Positions 1 through 12,237 are shown, counted from the stretch's first letter. The stretch is DNA of 64,000 nt from Gammaproteobacteria bacterium (GCA_963422205.2 CAXMWX010000011.1:64001-128000), one strand, 5' to 3'. The notes: a model not told the origin generated them from the sequence alone. Numbers and translations: made by a program.

Positions 1-1
1 C

Positions 2-1564
2 CGCAGCACAGACAAACGCGAGCTGGCCTTGCAGATCAAAAACGCCGATGCCCCCTTTGCCCTGATACGCATAGGCGATACGTCAAGGTGGCGCAACGAC
101 ATTCTCGCCGGTTATGAAGAAACCACGGCGCTACAGGAGACCGCATTTTTTGATGCCCTGGAAAAAAGCCCCATCAAAATCCTGATGGGTTCGCGCTCAT
201 TCTTTGAAAGCTGGGATTCCAACCGCCCGAATGTCATTAACTTCATCAACATCGGCGGCCTGGATGCGAAAAAATTTGTCGTGCAGTCCGTCGGGCGCGG
301 TGTTCGCATTGCACCCCTGCCGGGCAAACGCCGCCGCCTTGCCCGCCTGTCTTCCCCTGAGCAATTACACGCTTGTCTTGACATGACACAGCCGCCGGAA
401 ACGCTGTTTCTTTTCGCCACCAACCAGAAGGCCATCAAGACCGTACTGGAAGGATTGGAGGCAGAGAAAAGCGCGCGTTTTGAACCACTGGCAGGTTTTG
501 AAATAGCGGCCAGACCCAAAAACAACGGCGAGGACATGCCGCTGTTGATACCGCAATACCGGGACGGCACGGCACAACACGGCAGGGCCCCGTTTGCGAT
601 GAGTAAGGCAACGCGGCAACGGCTCGCGGGTTGGCTTGATAACACCTCGGATGCGGTCTTTGCCGTGCGTGACGGGCTGGCGGCAGCACAGATTGACGAG
701 TTGCGGACGGCGGCCTCGGGCACTGGCGCGATAGCCATCACACCGGAGAAAAACTACGCCATGCTCGCCTTTCTGCAACAGCGGTTGCTGTCCCACTTCT
801 CCCAAACGGCACAGCAGAGCGATGGCGTCCGTCAGCTTGATGAGCAAGAAGACATTGTTCATTTCCGCCATGTTCGTTCGCATTCAGACTATGTGCATGA
901 ACTTGAGGAGAAGATTCAGCAGGTGAAAGCAGGACGGGCATCCGATGAGGAGATAGCAGCACTTGCCGACAAATTGACGCAGGGCGAGATCACGCGGGAA
1001 GCATTTGATACGAAGTCCAGCGGAAAAGAACAGGAGACGTTCAAGGATTTGACCATCAAAAAAATCCTCAATCACTATTATCTGCCCGTTGTGCTTGGGC
1101 GTGAGACGGCCAGTTACATACAGCACATCATCAAGATCAACAGCGAAGTTGAGTTTCTTAATCGGCTGGCGAGCTGGCTGGGCGAGCATAAACCGGACTG
1201 GGACTCATGGATGTTCAGCAAGCTGGATGAAGCCCGGGATGAGGTTTATATCCCTTATTATGACAGCGATAAAAACGACTACCGCCGGTTTCTGCCGGAT
1301 TTTGTGTTCTGGATGGTCAAGGGGCGGCACTACCGCATCGTGTTCGTTGATCCCAAAGGGGGCGCTTATACGAGTGCCTATCACAAAATTGACGGCTACA
1401 AGAGACTGTTTGTTGAGAACGGCAACGTTCGCCACTTCACGCACGGCAGGCATCGCATCTCCGTGCATTTGTTTTACTACAACGCCAGTTCAGATCCATC
1501 AGAAGCTTACAAGCCGTTCTGGATCACCGACCCTGCCGCCATATTTACCGACCCGGCGCACTAA
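2..1564 (+). CDS. Type III restriction-modification Res subunit (SF2 helicase C-terminal part plus PD-(D/E)xK nuclease), 5'-truncated by the window edge
   Basis: Frame is open from position 2. Helicase motif V/VI-like segments ILMGSRSFFESWDSNRPNV and QSVGRGVR; C-terminal nuclease motif FLPDFVFW...IVFVDPKG. Confidence 0.8.
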   Translation, partial: RSTDKRELALQIKNADAPFALIRIGDTSRWRNDILAGYEETTALQETAFFDALEKSPIKILMGSRSFFESWDSNRPNVINFINIGGLDAKKFVVQSVGRGVRIAPLPGKRRRLARLSSPEQLHACLDMTQPPETLFLFATNQKAIKTVLEGLEAEKSARFEPLAGFEIAARPKNNGEDMPLLIPQYRDGTAQHGRAPFAMSKATRQRLAGWLDNTSDAVFAVRDGLAAAQIDELRTAASGTGAIAITPEKNYAMLAFLQQRLLSHFSQTAQQSDGVRQLDEQEDIVHFRHVRSHSDYVHELEEKIQQVKAGRASDEEIAALADKLTQGEITREAFDTKSSGKEQETFKDLTIKKILNHYYLPVVLGRETASYIQHIIKINSEVEFLNRLASWLGEHKPDWDSWMFSKLDEARDEVYIPYYDSDKNDYRRFLPDFVFWMVKGRHYRIVFVDPKGGAYTSAYHKIDGYKRLFVENGNVRHFTHGRHRISVHLFYYNASSDPSEAYKPFWITDPAAIFTDPAH

Positions 1565-1574
1565 CCTGACATGC

Positions 1575-1601
1575 ACAACCCCGACGGAACAACCCCGACG
1601 G
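1575..1601. repeat. Short tandem duplication (ACAACCCCGACGG x2, 14-bp period)
   Basis: Copies at 1575-1587 and 1589-1601, just after the Res stop codon. Confidence 0.85.
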
Positions 1602-1759
1602 CATAATCCAGGGAAAGATCGAAACATTACGCTTTGCATCATGTTGGTACACACTGGTGCTATCCCGGCTTGGCATTGAAGACTGTCAGCAATAAAAGCC
1701 GATAGCCCCAAGCGGCCACCTCAACATACGCCCCCAGGCCATCATGACAACAGGCCGTA

Positions 1760-3115
1760 TTATTTTTTCGCAATAAAGATCAATTGATCAAATAAAGACC
1801 AGGAGATATCCCAGCCAGGATCATGTTCACCGGCGATAAACTCTGCGGCAGTCCACAGGCCCACCACCATGGCCAGCTGTTCATTGATATAGATAAACGG
1901 CACCCACCGCCGCTGCCAGGGCGGCAGGCCGACGGCTTGAAATAATTTCTTCAGCCGGCTGTGATGCGCCCTTTGAGGAAGACGAATCCTCTCACCGCCC
2001 TGATAAAAGCCGACACGCACAGAGCCATCTCCACACAGCCCCTGCTTGAGTCCCCTGCCCCTCATCCTGTTCGCCCTTAACTCCCCGCCTGCTATCATCA
2101 GCTTGTCAGGCAATGACCAATTGATGAGCGCATGGCAGGTGGTCGTGAATGTCTTGTCGGTTGCATACAGGCAGTTCCTGTATCGATACACCTTAGCGCC
2201 CGGCCAGGAAACCACACCCGCCTTATCGGGGCTGGCCTTGATCAATGAGCGGCGCAACTCGCCCAGATGCCTGGCCGCTGGCAACGGCAAATCACGCCTC
2301 CGCAGCCAGTACCTCAGCAGGTTGTTTTGTCTGGCAACGGGCAGGCCAGCGATGATCTCGCAATTTAGCAGCCGTTGTTTTTTATCGCTGCTCGCTTGAT
2401 CAAGATCGCCGCCAGCCAGCGCATCCACAAGCTGCTGTGTATCGGCCGCTATGCCGATATAACGTGACAGCGGCGCGGCGACATGCGGCCAGCGGCGTTT
2501 TATCACCGGCATCAACGCATGGCGGATGTGATTTCTGTCATAACGGCGATCAGCATTGCTCGTATCTTCTACCCATTGCAACTGATGTTGCCCGGCATAA
2601 TCCACCAGCTGCTGGCGCTGAAACGGCAACAGGGGTCGCCCATGCCAGCCCCGGGCGAATCGCTTGATTGCCGGCATGGCGGCCAGCCCCAGAACGCCGG
2701 CCCCACGGAATAATTGCAGAAAGAATGTCTCCAGTTGATCGTCCAGATGATGGGCTGTCAGTAACAAATCGCCGGTCTGTAACACCCTGGCCATCTCGGC
2801 ATAACGCTGCGTACGCGCACGTTCTTCCGGGCTGCCATCGCCATCATTGGCGGCGATGTCAACACCATGCAAGGCGATACCATAGCGGTGCGTCAGCCGC
2901 TGGCAGTGTTCAGCCCAGGCATCGCTATCGACATGCAGATGGTGATTGACATGGATGGCCGCCAGCCGGTAGTCCATCTCATCTCGTAGCGAGCAGACAA
3001 GATGCAACAAGACATGGGAATCCAGCCCGCCACTGAAGGCAACATACAGGGTGGCGCCCGGGGAAAGGGACGCCTGCCAGGCCTGCAAACTGGCTAATAC
3101 ACGGGAGCGCAACAA
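1760..3115 (-). CDS. tilS: tRNA(Ile)-lysidine synthetase
   Basis: PP-loop AFSGGLDS, TAHHLDDQLET, RPLL and EDTSN motifs; follows accA. Confidence 0.95.
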   Translation of the reverse strand: MLRSRVLASLQAWQASLSPGATLYVAFSGGLDSHVLLHLVCSLRDEMDYRLAAIHVNHHLHVDSDAWAEHCQRLTHRYGIALHGVDIAANDGDGSPEERARTQRYAEMARVLQTGDLLLTAHHLDDQLETFFLQLFRGAGVLGLAAMPAIKRFARGWHGRPLLPFQRQQLVDYAGQHQLQWVEDTSNADRRYDRNHIRHALMPVIKRRWPHVAAPLSRYIGIAADTQQLVDALAGGDLDQASSDKKQRLLNCEIIAGLPVARQNNLLRYWLRRRDLPLPAARHLGELRRSLIKASPDKAGVVSWPGAKVYRYRNCLYATDKTFTTTCHALINWSLPDKLMIAGGELRANRMRGRGLKQGLCGDGSVRVGFYQGGERIRLPQRAHHSRLKKLFQAVGLPPWQRRWVPFIYINEQLAMVVGLWTAAEFIAGEHDPGWDISWSLFDQLIFIAKK

Positions 3116-3140
3116 GGGCTATTGACGATTTAACGGGGGG

Positions 3141-4112
3141 CTATTGGTAAAACCCGTAAGAGCGAATGCGTGTTTGTCTGTCGCTGAGTAATTGCTCGGT
3201 GGGGACGGCGGTCAACGCCTCCAGTTGGGCGGACAAGATGGCCTTTATTCCCTCTGCCATGTTGTCATGATCACGGTGTGCACCGCCTAAGGGTTCATCA
3301 ATGATCGCATCAATCACATCCAGCTGGTGCAATCGCTGGGCAGTGATCCCCAGCGCTTCGGCCGCTTCTTCGGCCTTATCGGCACTCTTCCACAAGATAG
3401 AAGCACAGCCCTCGGGGGAGATGACCGAATACGTACTGTATTGCAACATATTCAGCTTATCGCATACGCCGATTGCCAAGGCCCCCCCTGAGCCGCCCTC
3501 GCCGATGACCGTTGTGATGATCGGCGTTTTCAAACGTGACATGACCAGCAAATTCCGGGCGATGGCCTCACTCTGACCACGCTCTTCAGCACCGATCCCG
3601 GGATAAGCGCCCGGTGTATCAATGAAGGTCAACACAGGCAGAGCAAACTTCTCGGCCAGCTGCATGACTCTCAGCGCCTTGCGGTAGCCTTCCGGTTTGG
3701 GCATCCCATAGTTTCTGAATATCCGTTCTTTTATGTCTCTTCCCTTCTGGTGTCCAATCACGGCGACCGGGCAGTTTTCAAACCTGGCCAGACCGGTGAC
3801 GATCGCCGGATCATCGGCAAAATTCCGGTCGCCATGCAGCTCCTTAAACTCTGTAAACAAACGCTGGATATAGTCCAGTGTGTAGGGACGCTGCGGATGT
3901 CTGGCAATCTGTGCAACCTGCCAGGCCGTCAGTGAAGAGAAAATGGATTGTGTTAATTCTGTGCTTCTTTTTTGCAATTTCGATATGGCTTCATGGATAT
4001 CAATATCGCTGTCATCATCAAGATAGCGTAGCTCCTCAATCCTGGCTTCCAGTTCAGCAATGGGTTGCTCAAAATCGAGAAAATTCAGGTTGTGATTTTG
4101 TGGTTGCTCCAT
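3141..4112 (-). CDS. accA: Acetyl-CoA carboxylase carboxyltransferase alpha subunit
   Basis: [54 protein letters not shown]. Confidence 0.98.
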   Translation of the reverse strand: MEQPQNHNLNFLDFEQPIAELEARIEELRYLDDDSDIDIHEAISKLQKRSTELTQSIFSSLTAWQVAQIARHPQRPYTLDYIQRLFTEFKELHGDRNFADDPAIVTGLARFENCPVAVIGHQKGRDIKERIFRNYGMPKPEGYRKALRVMQLAEKFALPVLTFIDTPGAYPGIGAEERGQSEAIARNLLVMSRLKTPIITTVIGEGGSGGALAIGVCDKLNMLQYSTYSVISPEGCASILWKSADKAEEAAEALGITAQRLHQLDVIDAIIDEPLGGAHRDHDNMAEGIKAILSAQLEALTAVPTEQLLSDRQTRIRSYGFYQ

Positions 4113-4120
4113 CGTATTCT

Positions 4121-7100
4121 CTACAGTGTTATCTTCGCCGGAAACTTCGGCACGACATTGCGCCTGCCAACGATGTGTTGCAACGCTGTGACCAACGCAT
4201 CGCTGATGCTTACCTTCCAGGCATCGCCCATACCGATACAGGTGGCGGCAATACCGTTATTATAGTGCATAAACACCGGGTTGGCGCCAGGCTGATGTTG
4301 TGCCAGCAGATGTTTAATCGAATCCACGAGATCATTCGTCAGTATTTTATTATCGAGATGAATATGCAGGCGACTGAATTGCGATCTTATCTGGCTGAGT
4401 GTGTACAGACCTCTCGCATTGACAGACACGCCGGAGTCAAAATAATCATCAGCAATCGCATCTCCTTTAATAATAATCAGCTGATCCTTGACAAGCAAGG
4501 GACGGTATTCTTTAAATACTTCCGGGTAGATAGTCACGTTCATGCGCGCTGTCATGTCATCCAAGCGTAACTCGGCCATTTTACCACGCATACCATTGCG
4601 GATTTTGATATTTTCGATATAGCCGGCAATCACCGGACAGGTTTCAGGTTGCACCGCATTCAGCCGGATAGAGATCACATGATCCAGCTCAGCTTCATAA
4701 CGGCTGATGGGATGACCCTCCAGATAAAACCCCAGGGTTTCTTTCTCCCCCTGCAATCTTGCCAGCTCATCCGCCTCACCTGCCTGCACGTATGGCAGAT
4801 CATCTGCTGAGGTTCTCTCCTGTGCTGCCTCATTCGAGGCACTCGGCGCCAGACCGAACAGATCATCCTGACCGGTATCTGCATTGCTGGCCTGTTGATC
4901 GGCAAACTGCATGGCTCTGTCCAGGCTTGCCAGCAAAATGTGGCGAGGCTGCTTGAGATCGTCAGCCGCACCGGCTTTGATTAATGATTCAAGCACACGT
5001 TTGTTGGTTTTTTTCGCATCAATTCGCCGACAAAATTCAAATAAATCGGTGAACAAACCGGCGGCCTCCCGCTCCTCCAGCACATTATTTATCGCCGCCT
5101 CACCCACACCTTTGATTGCCCCCAAACCGAATAATATTGTTTTGCTGTCGAGCACCTGAAACTTGAACTGTGAACGATTGATGGACGGCGGTAACAAGCA
5201 TAAACCCATACGCTGTAGCCCATAGCGCAAGCTGACTATCTTGTCGGTGTTATCCATATCAGAGGAGAGTACCGCAGCCATAAATGCAGCCGGATAATGG
5301 GTCTTCAGCCAGGCCGTTTGGTAGGCGAGCAAGGCATAAGCAACAGAATGTGATTTGTTAAACCCGTAACCGGCAAACTTCTCCATCAGATCGAAGATAT
5401 AAGTTGCCACTTTTTCGCTGACATGATTTGCCACCGCACCGGCAACAAAGATCGTCCGCTGCTTCGCCATCTCTTCCGGCTTCTTTTTACCTATCGCCCG
5501 CCGTAGCAGATCAGCCGCCCCCAGTGTGTAACCCGCCAGCACCTGGGCTATCTGCATCACCTGTTCCTGATACAGAATGACGCCGTAAGTTGATTTCAAA
5601 ACAGGCGCCAGGGCAGGATGGGGATAAGCCACTTTTGCCCGCCCGTGTTTTCGTTCAACAAAATCATCCACCATGCCTGACTGCAAAGGCCCGGGGCGAA
5701 ATAAGGCCACCAGGGCGATCAGATCATCAAACGCATCTGGCTTCAGGCGCCTTAACAGCTTCTTTATCCCTTCCGATTCCAGCTGAAATACCGCCGTGGT
5801 ATCCATACGCTGCACCAGTTCATAGGTGGCGGCATCGTCTAACGGGATCTGCCGAATATCCAGTTGCTCGGCAGAGTCTGCCAACAACAGCCGATTGACA
5901 TCACGCACTGCCCAATCGATGATGGTTAAGGTACGCAGGCCAAGAAAATCAAATTTTACCAGGCCGACAGATTCAACATCGCCCATGTCAAATTGGGTTG
6001 AGGTCACTCTTGACCCTTGCTCAGCATACAGCGGCATGTATCTGGTCAGTGCATGAGGGGCGATCACAAGACCGCCGGCATGTTTGCCGGCATTACGGGA
6101 TATGCCTTCAATTTTTTTTGCCAGATCGATCAGCATCCTGACCTCTTCCTCATCCTGATAGCGCTGTTTGAGCAGCTCCTCTTCAGACAGCGCCTTATCC
6201 AGCGTCATATTCAAATCAAACGGAATAAGCCGGGCGATCTGATCGACAAACCCATACGGATGTCCCAGCACACGGCCAATATCCCGGACGACCGCTTTTG
6301 CCTTCATGCGATCAAAGGTGATGATCTGGGAGACATGATCATGGCCGTATTTTCGTGCGACATAGTCGATGACCTCATCCCGCCTCTCCATGCAGAAGTC
6401 GATATCAAAGTCCGGCAGCGAGACTCGTTCGGGATTTAAAAACCGTTCAAATAGCAACTCATAAGCCAGCGGATCAGGATCGGTGATCCCAAGGGCATAG
6501 GCGACCAGAGAACCAGCCCCTGAGCCTCTGCCGGGACCAACCGGTATATCCTGCTGCTTCGCCCAATTAATAAAATCAGCCACGATGAGAAAATAGCCGG
6601 AGAAACCCATTGCGGTAATGACATCCAGCTCATGTTGCAATCGCTCTTCGTAGGACTCACGACTGATCTGTGGTTGCTTGTGCATATCAGCCTCTACAAG
6701 CACCTGCAAACCGGCCTTGGCCTCGGCAACAAGCCAGCTATTCTGATCATGGGAGTCCGGCACCGGAAAATCAGGCAGATAATACTCACCCAGAGTCAAT
6801 TCAAGACTGCAACGCTGGGCGATAAGATAGCTGTTCTGTATCGCCTCCGGTATATCCTGAAACAGCGCAGTCATCTGTTCAGCCGATTTAAAATACTGTT
6901 CGGGGCTGTAATGATGTGGCCGCCTCGGATCATTGAGTGTATATCCCTGGTGAATACACACCCTGGCCTCATGGGCCTGGAAATCCTCTGCATGGAGAAA
7001 ACGTACATCGTTACTGGCGATAACAGGCAGTTGAAATTCAGCGGCAAAGCGCACGGCCTGTTCGGTATGGATATCTTCGTGCTGACGCCCTGTGCGCTGC

Positions 7101-7606
7101 AACTCAAGGTAGAGCCGGTCAGGGAAAAGGTTGGTCAGTTTATCCATCCATGATCTTGCTGTATCAATATTATGATCGATCAATGCCTTGCCGATAGGGC
7201 CAGTGCGGGCGATGGATAATGCAATCAAGCCATCGGTTCGCCCGTCAAGCCAGGCCATATCGATAACAGGCTCATCCTGCACCTGCCCTTCCAGATAGCT
7301 TTTGGTAATCAGCGCAGACAGATTTTTATACCCGGCCTCATCCTGACACAAAAGAATCAGAGCAGTCGTTTCCTTGTCCTGCAAGCTGCTGACCAGATTG
7401 ATCTCCGCCCCGATAACCGGCTTGATGCCAGCCGCAACACAGCATTGATAGAACTTGACCATGGCGAATAGATTGCTTTTATCGGTCATGGCCAGTGCCG
7501 GCATGTTCAATTCAGCCGCCCGACTGACCAGCTCATCAATACGCACTATCCCATCCACCAACGCGTATTCAGTGTGCAGGTGCAGATGAATAAAGCGCTG
7601 GGTCAT
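4121..7606 (-). CDS. dnaE: DNA polymerase III alpha subunit
   Basis: PHP domain (HLHLHTEY), [48 protein letters not shown] fold; 1161 aa. Confidence 0.98.
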   Translation of the reverse strand: MTQRFIHLHLHTEYALVDGIVRIDELVSRAAELNMPALAMTDKSNLFAMVKFYQCCVAAGIKPVIGAEINLVSSLQDKETTALILLCQDEAGYKNLSALITKSYLEGQVQDEPVIDMAWLDGRTDGLIALSIARTGPIGKALIDHNIDTARSWMDKLTNLFPDRLYLELQRTGRQHEDIHTEQAVRFAAEFQLPVIASNDVRFLHAEDFQAHEARVCIHQGYTLNDPRRPHHYSPEQYFKSAEQMTALFQDIPEAIQNSYLIAQRCSLELTLGEYYLPDFPVPDSHDQNSWLVAEAKAGLQVLVEADMHKQPQISRESYEERLQHELDVITAMGFSGYFLIVADFINWAKQQDIPVGPGRGSGAGSLVAYALGITDPDPLAYELLFERFLNPERVSLPDFDIDFCMERRDEVIDYVARKYGHDHVSQIITFDRMKAKAVVRDIGRVLGHPYGFVDQIARLIPFDLNMTLDKALSEEELLKQRYQDEEEVRMLIDLAKKIEGISRNAGKHAGGLVIAPHALTRYMPLYAEQGSRVTSTQFDMGDVESVGLVKFDFLGLRTLTIIDWAVRDVNRLLLADSAEQLDIRQIPLDDAATYELVQRMDTTAVFQLESEGIKKLLRRLKPDAFDDLIALVALFRPGPLQSGMVDDFVERKHGRAKVAYPHPALAPVLKSTYGVILYQEQVMQIAQVLAGYTLGAADLLRRAIGKKKPEEMAKQRTIFVAGAVANHVSEKVATYIFDLMEKFAGYGFNKSHSVAYALLAYQTAWLKTHYPAAFMAAVLSSDMDNTDKIVSLRYGLQRMGLCLLPPSINRSQFKFQVLDSKTILFGLGAIKGVGEAAINNVLEEREAAGLFTDLFEFCRRIDAKKTNKRVLESLIKAGAADDLKQPRHILLASLDRAMQFADQQASNADTGQDDLFGLAPSASNEAAQERTSADDLPYVQAGEADELARLQGEKETLGFYLEGHPISRYEAELDHVISIRLNAVQPETCPVIAGYIENIKIRNGMRGKMAELRLDDMTARMNVTIYPEVFKEYRPLLVKDQLIIIKGDAIADDYFDSGVSVNARGLYTLSQIRSQFSRLHIHLDNKILTNDLVDSIKHLLAQHQPGANPVFMHYNNGIAATCIGMGDAWKVSISDALVTALQHIVGRRNVVPKFPAKITL

Positions 7607-7609
7607 GGC

Positions 7610-8197
7610 TTAACGCAGGTACTGCTTGACCGGTGCAAAGCTCTGCCGGTGTATTGGTGAGATGCCCATCTCTCGCAAAGCCGACAGGTGTTGTCGGGTC
7701 GGATACCCCTTATGCCTGGCAAAGCCATAGCCGGGAAATTGCTCATCCAGCATGACCATCTCCTCATCACGAGTAACCTTCGCGATGATGGAGGCGGCGC
7801 TGATGCAGGGTATTGTCTGATCGCCCTTGATAATTGTCTCAACCGGGATGGGCAGGTCCGGTGCCTGATTGCCATCAACCAGCACCTGCCTGGGTTGCAC
7901 GATGAGCCCGGCAACGGCTCTTTGCATCGCCAGCAAGGTGGCATTAAGGATGTTATACTCATCTATCTCATGAGGCTCTGCCCGGCCAATGGCATAGCTC
8001 AACGCATGATCAAAAACAGCCTCTGCCATTATCCGACGCCTTGCCGGTGACAGTGTTTTAGAATCCGCCAGCCCGGCCACTGCAAAGCTTTTCCCCAAGA
8101 TCACGGCGGCCGCTATGACAGGCCCGGCGAGCGGCCCGCGGCCGGCCTCATCAACGCCTGCACTTTGCTCCATGCCGTGATGCTGTTCGGTTTTCAT
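7610..8197 (-). CDS. rnhB: Ribonuclease HII
   Basis: [41 protein letters not shown]. Confidence 0.97.
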   Translation of the reverse strand: MKTEQHHGMEQSAGVDEAGRGPLAGPVIAAAVILGKSFAVAGLADSKTLSPARRRIMAEAVFDHALSYAIGRAEPHEIDEYNILNATLLAMQRAVAGLIVQPRQVLVDGNQAPDLPIPVETIIKGDQTIPCISAASIIAKVTRDEEMVMLDEQFPGYGFARHKGYPTRQHLSALREMGISPIHRQSFAPVKQYLR

Positions 8198-9345
8198 AGC
8201 GCAGGGGATTGATCCAGCAGGTTCAGCACCGAGGCGGCAGCCAGGTCATGGCTTGTCGTCAACAGCGAACGATGCAGCACGGTAAACTCCTGTCTCATGT
8301 TATCGCCCGGGCCGCTTCGTGACAGTAAGGGATGGATCGCATCAGCCAGCTTGTCCGCCTTGCAGTCGGCCTGAATATATTCCTCAACCAACCGCCTGCT
8401 GGCAAGAATATTGGGCAAGGCGATATATGGTATGTGGCTCATGGCCTTGATGATATGGTAACTCAGCGGATTGATTCTGTAAGCGACAACCATCGGACAT
8501 TTGTATAACATGGCCTCCAGCGTGACGGTGCCGGATGCCAGTAAGGCCACATCCGCCGCCTGCAAGACAGCCGACATCTTCTGCTCATACAGATGCACAG
8601 TCAGCGTGTTATCCGCTGCCTCATCTATCTGCTGTGAGAACCTGGCACGGCTTCTTTTATCCAGCAGGCTGCTGATGAACTGGATAGTGCCATGACGCCT
8701 TTGTAATAACATGGCCGCCTCAATAAAGGGGACACTCAATGTGGCTATTTCACTGTCTCTGCTGCCCGGCAACAGTGCCACGGTGGGCAGGCTGTGATCC
8801 AGGCCCAGCGCATCCCGGGCGGCCTGCCGGTCAGGCTGAAGTGCTATCCGGTTCGCCAGCGGATGACCGACATAGGCTGAGGGGATCCCCGCCTGCTGAT
8901 AATAGTCCTGTTCAAACGGAAATAAGGTCAGCATGAAATCCACCGCTTTTTTGATCTTGTGTATTCTGTTTTTTCGCCATGCCCATACTGACGGGCTGAC
9001 ATAGTGCACGGTCTTGATACCGTGCCGGCGTAACGCCTGCTCCAGACCGATATTAAAATCAGGCGCATCAATGCCGATGAAGATGGCCGGCGGGTCATGC
9101 AGAAAATAATTCAGGAGGCGGTTTCTTAATTTCAGCATGCCAATGTATTTGCCCGCCACCTCGATCAGGCCGATAACAGCAAGGCGCTCCATCGGTGCCA
9201 GGATCTTACACCCCACCGCCTGCAACTGCTCGCCACCAATACCGGCCACAACCATATCAGGATGCCGTTCTCGTAACTGCCGGATTAAGTCTGCCCCCAG
9301 CAAGTCGCCCGATGCCTCACCCGCCACAATACCAACACGCAGCAT
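8194..9345 (-). CDS. lpxB: Lipid-A-disaccharide synthase
   Basis: [43 protein letters not shown]. Confidence 0.97.
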   Translation of the reverse strand: MLRVGIVAGEASGDLLGADLIRQLRERHPDMVVAGIGGEQLQAVGCKILAPMERLAVIGLIEVAGKYIGMLKLRNRLLNYFLHDPPAIFIGIDAPDFNIGLEQALRRHGIKTVHYVSPSVWAWRKNRIHKIKKAVDFMLTLFPFEQDYYQQAGIPSAYVGHPLANRIALQPDRQAARDALGLDHSLPTVALLPGSRDSEIATLSVPFIEAAMLLQRRHGTIQFISSLLDKRSRARFSQQIDEAADNTLTVHLYEQKMSAVLQAADVALLASGTVTLEAMLYKCPMVVAYRINPLSYHIIKAMSHIPYIALPNILASRRLVEEYIQADCKADKLADAIHPLLSRSGPGDNMRQEFTVLHRSLLTTSHDLAAASVLNLLDQSPAL

Positions 9346-9378
9346 ATAACCGTCACGTCGTCCTATGGCTAACCGGGG

Positions 9379-10158
9379 CTAACGCACGATGCCACGGGAT
9401 GAGGCGGCGATGAAGTCGTGAAAATACTGTATTGCCGGTGAGGTTGCAGTCATGGGCTTGATCCTGGCCAGGGCATCTTTGAGTAATAAGCCCTGCCGGT
9501 AAACACACTTGTAACCCAGCTTGATGTCCTCGATTTTTTCAGCAGAGAAACCATGCCGTCTGAAGCCTTCTTTATTCAGGCCGTTCGGTTTGGCCGTGTT
9601 ACCGGATACCCTCAAATACGGCGGCACATCTTTGATGATGACCGAGGCGATAGCCGAGATCACATAAGCACCGATGCGGCAGAATTGATGCACGCCAGTG
9701 AAGCCGCCCAGGATCACATGATCATCAATCGTAACATGACCGGCCAGCGTGGCATTATTGGCAAACACCGTGTGACTGCCTACCATGCAGTCGTGTGCGA
9801 TATGGACATAGGCCATGATCCAGTTATCATCACCGATCACCGTTTGCCCTCCCCCCCGCTCTGTCCCCCGGTGGATTGTGCAAAACTCACGTATGACATT
9901 GCCAGCACCAATCACCAGACGGGATTCATCATTCGGATGGTACTTCTTGTCCTGCGGATCATCGCCGATAGAAGCAAACTGAAATATCCGGTTATCCTTC
10001 CCGATTCTGGCAGGCCCCTTAATCACGACATGGGATCCAATCTGGCTGCCGGAGGCAATCGCTACATCAGCTCCGATGATTGAATAGGGACCGATGTCCA
10101 CATCCTCATCAATGTCAGCCTTGGGATCAATGATGGCCCTGGCATCAATCACGCTCAC
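9379..10158 (-). CDS. lpxA: UDP-N-acetylglucosamine acyltransferase
   Basis: Hexapeptide repeats, PQDKKY, IREFCTIHRGT, HIAHDC, VHQFCRIG. Confidence 0.97.
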   Translation of the reverse strand: MSVIDARAIIDPKADIDEDVDIGPYSIIGADVAIASGSQIGSHVVIKGPARIGKDNRIFQFASIGDDPQDKKYHPNDESRLVIGAGNVIREFCTIHRGTERGGGQTVIGDDNWIMAYVHIAHDCMVGSHTVFANNATLAGHVTIDDHVILGGFTGVHQFCRIGAYVISAIASVIIKDVPPYLRVSGNTAKPNGLNKEGFRRHGFSAEKIEDIKLGYKCVYRQGLLLKDALARIKPMTATSPAIQYFHDFIAASSRGIVR

Positions 10159-10598
10159 GGGTCGGCTATCGTGGTCAATAAATCCGTATCAGCAACCCGC
10201 CTGCCATCGACTTCTGCAATACAGGCAAACTTCCAGATATTACGTCTTGCCGTGACGAACCTTGAGGTGATGATAAGCTGATCACCCGGCTCGACGGTCT
10301 TTCTGAAACGGGATTTATCGGCACCGACCAGGTAGTATAATTTTCCTTTCTGCTCGGTATCCGCACCGGAAAGCAAGCCCAACATCGCCGATGCCTGCGC
10401 CATCGCTTCAATAATCAATACCCCGGGCATCACCGGTTTTTCCGGGAAATGTCCCTGAAAAAAAGGCTCATTGGCCGTGATATTTTTCACAGCAATGAGT
10501 TTGTCATTTGCTTTGACCGAGATCACTTTATCAAGTAACAGAAAAGGATACCGATGAGGAAGATAATTTTTTATTTGATGGGTATTGAGCTCAGTCAT
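10155..10598 (-). CDS. fabZ: 3-hydroxyacyl-ACP dehydratase
   Basis: LPHRYPFLLLD, NEPFFQGHFP, MPGVLIIEAMAQ. Confidence 0.97.
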   Translation of the reverse strand: MTELNTHQIKNYLPHRYPFLLLDKVISVKANDKLIAVKNITANEPFFQGHFPEKPVMPGVLIIEAMAQASAMLGLLSGADTEQKGKLYYLVGADKSRFRKTVEPGDQLIITSRFVTARRNIWKFACIAEVDGRRVADTDLLTTIADP

Positions 10599-10606
10599 AG
10601 CGTGGC

Positions 10607-11638
10607 TTAATCCTGTACTTTATGCCCGGTCATGGCCGCTTCAAGCAGGATCAGTTTTCTCGCCAGTTTATCAAGCTGCTTGAAGCGCACAATATTCTTC
10701 CTCCAGAGCGTATTATCAGTCGCCACCAGCCCGGCCGAGTATACCCCGGCGGTTTTGATCGAATTGGACACGCCCGACATACCCGTGATGATGACGTTAT
10801 CGGCGATCTGAATATGACCGCTGATGGCCGAGGCACCGCCAATCATGCAGTATTTGCCGATGCGCGCACTGCCCGCAATACCCACCTGAGCGGCTATGGC
10901 CGTGTGCGCGCCAATGGTCACATTATGACCGATCTGCACCTGATTATCGATCTTGACGCCATCGCCGATTCGGGTATTTTCCAAAGTCCCCCGGTCAATC
11001 GTGGTGTTGGCGCCCACCTCCACATCATCACCCACTATCACAGCCCCTAGCGATGGCAGCTTCAACCAGGCGCCCGCCTCATTTGCCATGCCAAAACCAT
11101 CGGCACCGATGACCGCCCCCGGGTGTATGATAGTGCGCTCGCCGAGCACCACCCCCTGTGCTATGACAACATGGGCAAGCAGGCGGGTAGCCGTGCCAAT
11201 CGTGACATGCGGATCAATACAACAGCCCGGCCCGATATACACCTGGGGGGACAGGCTCACACCGGCCGCCAGGATGCTGCCCGGGCCGATATAACAATCC
11301 TCCGGCACACGGACTGACGGATCAATCACGGCCGCTGGATGCACCCCGGGCGTGAAGTCCGGCCCAGGGGTGAGGTATCTGACCGCTTTGACAAATCCCA
11401 GATAAGGATCGCCGATGACAAGCGCCGCACTGGGGCAATGTGGTGCATCTTGTGCGCTGAGGATGACAGCCGAGGCAGAGGTGCTGGCCAGATGGGGATA
11501 ATACCGCCGGTTGGCTAAAAAGGTTAAGTGGCCTTTTGCGGCATTCTGCAAGGTGGCCACACCTTCTATCAGTAACTCAGCATCACCGATGACTTCTGCT
11601 GTGATTGCCGCTGCAATTTCTCCGAGTGTAGCTGACAT
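10607..11638 (-). CDS. lpxD: UDP-3-O-(3-hydroxyacyl)glucosamine N-acyltransferase
   Basis: Hexapeptide repeats, IGADGFG, GANTTIDRG, KIDNQVQIGHN. Confidence 0.97.
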   Translation of the reverse strand: MSATLGEIAAAITAEVIGDAELLIEGVATLQNAAKGHLTFLANRRYYPHLASTSASAVILSAQDAPHCPSAALVIGDPYLGFVKAVRYLTPGPDFTPGVHPAAVIDPSVRVPEDCYIGPGSILAAGVSLSPQVYIGPGCCIDPHVTIGTATRLLAHVVIAQGVVLGERTIIHPGAVIGADGFGMANEAGAWLKLPSLGAVIVGDDVEVGANTTIDRGTLENTRIGDGVKIDNQVQIGHNVTIGAHTAIAAQVGIAGSARIGKYCMIGGASAISGHIQIADNVIITGMSGVSNSIKTAGVYSAGLVATDNTLWRKNIVRFKQLDKLARKLILLEAAMTGHKVQD

Positions 11639-11684
11639 AGGCGCACAACATGATTAGATGGAAGTCAAGCAGGAGAGGCGAATA

Positions 11685-12212
11685 CTACTCGCCCCCAGCC
11701 CCTCCACTGCTGGATTTGAGCTGCTCAATCACCAGGTTGGAGATATCGACCTTGGGGCTGGCATAGATCACGCCTTCGTTAAGGATCATGTCGAATTTAT
11801 GTTTTTTTGCGATGGCGTTGATAGCCGTCACGATCTCTTTTTGAATTTTGGTGATCTCTTCGTTGCGGCGAAAGGTCAGATCTTCCCGGAACTCATCCTG
11901 GCTGCGCTTCAGATCACGCCGCTGGTTGATGATGTCTCTCTCCAGCCGGCTTCTCTCCGACTCACTCATAATGGCGGCATCTTTCTGCAATCTGTCTTCG
12001 AGTTCTTTTAATGCCTTCTGGGCGCTCACCAGCTTCCTGTCACGGGGGGCAAACTCTTTCTCTATCAGGCTACGCATCTTTTCAGCCTGTGGTGACTGTT
12101 CCAGTATTCTGATCGCATTCACTGCGCCAATTTTATAATCCTCAGCCGGTGAAATACTGGCCTGTAACAGGAAAAACATGCCCGTGAGCACGGATAAAAA
12201 ATTGATTTTCAA
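11685..12212 (-). CDS. skp: Periplasmic chaperone Skp/OmpH
   Basis: Signal peptide, KIGAVN, coiled coil, FDMIL...VIYASPKVDIS. Start reassigned to TTG at 12212, which follows a GAGGAG RBS. Confidence 0.92.
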   Translation of the reverse strand: MKINFLSVLTGMFFLLQASISPAEDYKIGAVNAIRILEQSPQAEKMRSLIEKEFAPRDRKLVSAQKALKELEDRLQKDAAIMSESERSRLERDIINQRRDLKRSQDEFREDLTFRRNEEITKIQKEIVTAINAIAKKHKFDMILNEGVIYASPKVDISNLVIEQLKSSSGGAGGE

Positions 12213-12237
12213 CGCTCTACTCCTCAAATCAAAATGA

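Noticed and set aside
7000-7606. Active proofreading PHP domain or intein in DnaE
   Set aside because: Several metal-ligand positions are substituted as in E. coli-type DnaE (TDKSN, NDVRF), and the 1161-aa length leaves no room for an intein.
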